Below are positions 36,595 through 42,517 of a stretch of 42,517 bases of DNA, piece by piece. A program made the translations under genes and the position numbers. The notes beneath the pieces were generated by a model. That model ran no database searches. It worked only from the letters and a program-made list of their open reading frames with translations, and was not told the origin of the DNA. The DNA is from Veleropilina oligotropha. Its lineage: Eukaryota. The stretch is from the NCBI GenBank assembly GCA_048128005.1, contig JBEUKZ010000008.1, forward strand, positions 682,001-724,517, written 5' to 3'. Numbering within the stretch: the stretch's first letter is position 1; each line of letters opens with the position of its first letter.

Positions 36595-37819
36595 GAGCAT
36601 CAGCGTTATTCAGAATCCAATCCTGGTACATTTTCAAGAATGGAGCATTCTTTTTACACGGACAATATTTAAATAGAACCCAAAATCATGGAATGAGTCG
36701 CAGACATCACATTCTTCTCCATTATATGTTATGCAACCTACATCATAATTATATTCTCACGAAATTGGCCGTGTTCATCATGATATCGCAGTTATATGTT
36801 CGTTGTGACATCAGATTCGATGAGCAAATGGCATTAATATATGCCAAATAACTTAGTTTCTCTCTTCTGACACCATGATTGCCAAGCTTTTTTTAACAGT
36901 TTCATTTTAATCATCCTTTTTACACCAACCCATTTTAAAACTATATATAAAAGCTATAGCATAGGTCATTTAAACCAAAAGATGTTACACTTGTCTAGGT
37001 CACATTTCATTAAAAAAATACGAATCAACACCGGGCATTCTCTTATGCGAATTGTCCTGAGAAAAAGTTAACATAATTATACAGTCATTTTATGATTTTT
37101 GAGGAATTCAATTTTACAAGCATATACACACATATGTTGGTAAAATTATTTGAACACTTAAAGTGTGTTTTCAAAAAATACCATACGTTAAATAGAGATA
37201 AATATGAAATAAGTGGATACTTTATGCAGAAAGCAAATTATTACAGACAACCGTTAGAGCGACAATCGAGGTCACAGGATCGGCGGTGGCAACATCATAG
37301 AGTGGTGCGACATCTCTGTCCGTCATACGACCCTTCTTTACATGATAAATTGGGGAAACGAGGCAGTTTTGCAAGAAAGTTTTTCCTATATGCGCAGTTC
37401 ATCAACAATGCGTCCCGGTATGGTGGAAGTCGATAACTTTATATCCCAACGTTCATGACACAAACCGGTGGCATCTCATGTCATCGACGTTTTGGCATCA
37501 GAAGATTATGGGTATACATAATGCAGCTGAATGGTTCAAATATATCCATTACCTCTGAACTGAAATCGGGTTCCTGGCTGTGGCTATCTCATGCTGGATA
37601 CACGTCTCAGACTCTGGAATACAAAATGTGCCATTCTAGTCGGCTGAAAATATGAATTAACCTAAAAAATTGTAACAAAATGATTTTCAACGGTTATAGG
37701 TAGTATCAGGTGTCCTTAATAACATACAAAACGTCTACCAAAATCTGACCTCTGGAAAGGTCAAGTTTTCAAGATGGCGTCATAAGAAGTGAATGGTATA
37801 ATTCTTGAACATTCTGCAC

Positions 37820-38300
37820 AGTACGGTCTTTTGCCTTGCGCCCCAGTATGTCACAATGTACTCAATTACGAGATGAGATCAGGGATCCTTGCAGGTCATG
37901 GTAAATTAAAAATGTTTCTATTACATTCTGCTGCAGATCATGTCGACTATTGTCATATGTGACCATTGAGCGACTCGCAAGTGTATGATTGTCAAAATGA
38001 CGAACAACCCAAGATATATATTGGGTATCTTCGACTTTTAGAGTCACAGATACTGCACAAGATCCAGCTTACAGTTATACGAGATACATCCCTAAGTCAT
38101 AACGGATCCTCCACCAGATGAAGTGGTTTTCAGAGCGCTCCGCTGTGCAAATGCCATGCCTCTGCAGCTCCATACACGTGTCTGACCACCATCAGTGTGC
38201 AATAGCAACTGGCTCCAATCAGAACAGTGTGTTATACTCCAGGACCCAGTTTCCGTTGAGCTAGTATGACGCTGCATCACCTTAAATGATCCTACACAGT
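37820..38300 (-). pseudogene. Decayed Tc1-family DDE transposase
   Basis: SDWSQLLLHTDGGQTRVW..GGGSVMT (cf. FSDESRF..DGR.RVWR..GGGSVMVWG), YDNSRH (cf. QDNARPH) and a frameshifted SPDL..IE..DILGR. Confidence 0.75.
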
Positions 38301-38587
38301 TAGTAGGGAGCGTATGATTGGTCTTCGGGCCATCAGCTCATATATTCAGCTTTCTTTCAACAGTAGACAATCGACATTCTATTTTGAGTTTCCCAATTGT
38401 GTCGTAGAACTCTGCTGTTGGTCCAGCGGAATCTTCTATCATAGCTTACCCAAACCCTTCACGTATCTTCACGAGGTTCAGCTGTCCTTGGTTTACCATC
38501 TTACAAACTATTCTGCTCTCTTTCAATTTGAGAATACTTCTACGTAGAACAGCAGTAATAGTCCGAGAGTCAAGAGGTGGTAACTTG

Positions 38588-38777
<190 letters not shown>

Positions 38778-39530
38778 CTTTTTCAACGGTTTCTATATGA
38801 TTTTGACGTGCTGATCACGAATCTAATGAGTGCCAGTCGCCAAACCTTGAGCATTTTTGGCAAAATGGAAAATCCAAGATGGCCGCCACAAAAAAGTGTA
38901 AATCTAATAACTTTGATATCATTAAGACCATATAGGACAAAAAGATGTATGAAATGTCTTTTAAAGTTTTCATATAAAATAAATGCAAACGAATCATCAG
39001 ATTAAATGGTGATCACGAATACGATGCGTGACAGTCGTCAAACTGTGCTAATTTTGTAAAAATACAAGATGGCGGCTGCTAAGAGTGCGTATGAAGCAAT
39101 TATTAGATACAAAAATAGATACATCAAGATGGCAGCGGTTTTTTGTTACAAAATGTATATTATAAATGTTAACAGATCATCATGGAATATTTTAAAATGT
39201 TGTTTCAAATGGAATTATTGCATTTTTCTGAATGACTCACAGCTTACACATTTCATCATTTGCGTAAACATTGGCTGGTTATCATAACGTATAAACCCAT
39301 AAAAAATAATTTAAAATGGTGGCATAGCGAAATATATGATCGAAAGCACAAAATTGAAATAAATCATGTTCAATAGTAGCATATGCGTGGAAAATATTTC
39401 TTAGCGTAAAGGACAGGATTTTGACGTCACTCACTTTCGCATTTACTGAATTCACAGCAAGCTAATGCATATTTGGTTCAAGAACAAATTGCTGTTTTGC
39501 ATCCAGCGTATATATAGAGTTTGAAAATTA

Positions 39531-40118
39531 ATTATCTTGATTTTACCGCGAATCCTCTGTTCTGATTGGCTGACGTCATTTTAATAACTGGCCGTGAACC
39601 ACGGCCAGGCGTGGTTGATAGATCCTTGTACCACGGTGACGTCATTTCGCGTCGAATCCTCTGTTCTGATTGTAACGCCTCGTGGTTTAACGTTAGGCGG
39701 TATTCAATAAACCGTGTTTACCGCGACGTCGCTCGATAACTTTCTGCGTGAATCCTTTCATCAGATTGGCTGATGAACACCGCCCAGCCGTGGTTCAATA
39801 AAATTAACAAACGGCTGACGTCATACTAATTGTGACGTCAAAATGTTCTCATTGAACAACGGGTTGCAGGACAGCTTTCCCGACCCACAACTTTAGCATC
39901 GCCTGTGTGGATGGATAAAAACTCTACTTTCTACACAATAAAAATAATAGGTTCAGTCAGGTTTGACATAGTAAAAAGCAAAGTAATACGTTGTTAAACA
40001 CGGTTCGCTGAATACCTTATGACGTTGAATCACTCGACTTTCGCCTCGTGGTTCAACGTCATGTGGTATTCAAAGCACCGTTTTTACCTCGACTTCGCTC
40101 GACAACTTATAATTATAC
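39531..40118 (+). mobile_element. Non-autonomous hairpin-ended element (paralogue of 931-1330) with internal partial duplications
   Basis: 5' attatcttgatt..ctgattggctgacgtca; 3' fold-back gaataccttatgacgttgaatcac / gtggttcaacgtcatgtggtattc; gaatcct..gattg occurs three times. Confidence 0.7.
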
Positions 40119-40199
40119 AATATTGAAAACTCCAACATTAGCGGTCAGATGTTAGTGCAAATGCATTGGTGACCCTTCCTCATTTCAGAAGATTTATTT

Positions 40200-42150
40200 G
40201 TAATGGTGGTGTGAGCTCGCAAACATTGGGGCGTGAATGTAGGAGGTAGATTTTCACTGGATGTGGCATGTGCCTATTCCGACCTATCTGTGAAAATCCC
40301 ACCTCTCATCGTACTGAATGTATCACTTTTTTCTCTCAATACAGAGTGGCGTTGACTTTCAATGAAGAATCTATAGCTTCAGTTTGTGAACATGACATCT
40401 GTTTAAGAACTAGGTTTTCTGATAATGCTTGCACGTTATTGAAGACAGTGGTCAACAACAAGGAGGATACCGTATCACACACAGCTTTGCTTGGCGATGA
40501 CCTCACTGCTGTTGATGAAAGCACAATTTCTAACACATGACTCCAAGATTAATTCCAGTGTTTCCAAACTCCCGCTCGTTCGAGCATGCAAGTGATGTGA
40601 AAGAAGAGGCACATCCACGTCACCAGAACTGCTTTAATATGCGAGTGCCCTGCTATATACATATATCATAAAAAGATCATTATGACATTCGCTTCTTCAT
40701 GTGTTACTGCAATTTGTTGTTGTCCCACTCTTCGATGGGATATGGGTCAGTTCATGTGACAATAAGTTATCAGGTACCGTCATATCACATGATCTCTTGA
40801 CAGCACTCTTTATGATTTATTCTTCGTTAACAGTGACATTCCAGACCTTGTATTGTTTATGAAGTGCTGAATCTTTTGAGAGTTTGTACTGCAACTAGCT
40901 TAAACAGCTTTGGCACTCAGAGAATTGTATCGATCAAACAAAACATGGTGCTGACAACGGAAACATTCACTAGAGCTGATATGTTGGATGGTTGAGTGTG
41001 CCAATGGATGACCATATAATAATAACACAGTAACCCAGAATTACCACTGTACGTTGGAGATTTAATTATGCACCTTGTTTAACTTTGACATTGTTCTTCA
41101 AAACAGACTGCTAAGATGATCGTATTTCCTCACTCTCTTAGAAAAAGGTTTGAATGCGGATCTAACGTATTGGTTGGCCACTTTGGCAGTCGTGTGGTTT
41201 CGGTTGGCTTGATTCCGCTGACACGAACAATAGTGGGTTCGAATCTCGGTTGAGACATGACATTATTTGTTCAGTTATGAATCACAGTTGTCCGTAACTG
41301 GTCGGAGAGGGCCGGTTTCCCGGGCGACCAGGCTTTATTCTCGGGATAATATGGCCATGTCTTGCTTTGAACCCGATGGTTATAAATATGCAGGACATTA
41401 AGCATCGATCCTTTCATTTTCTTTGTGTAAACGGACTACTTGTGGCACTTCGTCATTTTTCTGTGCTTCCAAATCTGTTTTCAATTTTCCAAGAAAGCTG
41501 AGAGAGTGTGACCAAATTAAAGGAGTAGATTCAATCAAAGTGAATCTGGTGGTATCAGAATGACCGTGTCAAAGGCGTATGTGTGCTGTCGAAATGAAGA
41601 GATAAGCCCATCTACCGTTTCATACGCCAATTTGATGATGCGTGAGGTGTTCATCTTTCAAGAAATTTTGAAGGAAGAAGTGGACAGGCATTGAATAGAG
41701 CGGTGGCCGTAAAGACCATAGCGAGTATATTTCAAATTTCACTAGCATAAGCATTGAATTTCCTCCAAGTCAAAGGAAGAAATGGGCAAAGATTTTTTCA
41801 TCGGTCGAACCGACATACGATGTTATTTGATATATCATTTCAATATACGCGATTAGTTAATTTATTAGATTTCATAGTATTCACCCGTGTACATTCAAAG
41901 TTTTGTCATCATCCTCGTCAGCTTTGGAACTTGAAGATGAATTGGTGAAAAATCTTGAAATGCAGTCTTTGAGGTAAAGTGCTTCAGCGGGGTGCAAATC
42001 ACTGGCTCCAAATGAAAAATCTCGTCTTCCAACATATGATCTGTCCTTAGCTCTCGCGAGGATTGCTGCTTTAAATACACGCTATTCTCTTCTACCTGCT
42101 GCTGACAAATATCCCCTTTCATCTAGCCGGATATTTGTTGGAACCAATCT
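40200..42150 (-). pseudogene. Decayed Academ-like transposase (XPG/FEN-like nuclease region), interrupted by a SINE
   Basis: Ordered minus-strand motifs HVLFDRYNSLSAK, THEEANVIM (cf. HEEAD), SGDVDV (cf. DTDV) and AVCDTVS (cf. GCDTVS); many stops and frameshifts. Confidence 0.6.
41178..41420 (+). mobile_element. SINE family A copy
   Basis: B box gggttcgaatc, family core and 3' end caggacattaagcatcgatcc. Confidence 0.88.
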
Positions 42151-42284
42151 TCGCACGCTTCTCCACATAATATATAGTGTTCAGTGAATTGTAAAATATT
42201 GTTTCCCCCATGCGCTTGTCATGATGTGTAATGTCGTCAGAATGTTGCATTTCTCGAAATACATGTGGAATAAGAATTTTCGTG

Positions 42285-42429
<145 letters not shown>

Positions 42430-42434
42430 CATGC

Positions 42435-42517
42435 AGCCGTGGTACAGTGGTAGATGCACTGGCCTCTCACTCGAGGGGTTTGCGGTTCAACCCCGATCCC
42501 GGCGACTTCCCTTGGGC
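42435..42517 (+). mobile_element. 5' end of a tRNA-derived SINE (CORE-like), cut by the window edge
   Basis: A box tggtacagtgg, B box ggttcaacccc, then cccttgggc resembling the CORE motif. Confidence 0.55.

Overview
AT-rich eukaryotic DNA, most likely from a marine invertebrate, made up mainly of transposable-element debris. There is no sign of a prokaryotic operon, CRISPR array or rRNA. The recognisable protein-coding relics are a 5'-truncated L2/Crack-type LINE with an open RT frame (28105-30192, -) and an orphan Polinton/Maverick protein-primed DNA polymerase B fragment with one in-frame stop (25726-~27210, -). Decayed CR1, L2, RTE, RTEX-like, Tc1 and Academ-like remnants are also present. 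Non-coding elements include seven copies (plus a fragment) of one tRNA-derived SINE family, other SINEs, Helentron-type HINEs, several MITEs with TIRs/TSDs, a nested TE cluster at 14.4-19.0 kb, minisatellites and (TA)n tracts. The only candidate host gene is the 5' part of a spliced minus-strand gene for a secreted preproprotein (signal peptide, pro-region, GKR site) at ~2383-5558, which probably continues off the left edge. I found no convincing new multi-gene system; the RT-next-to-PolB juxtaposition is best explained by independent insertions. All family assignments come from motif recognition by eye, with no database search.
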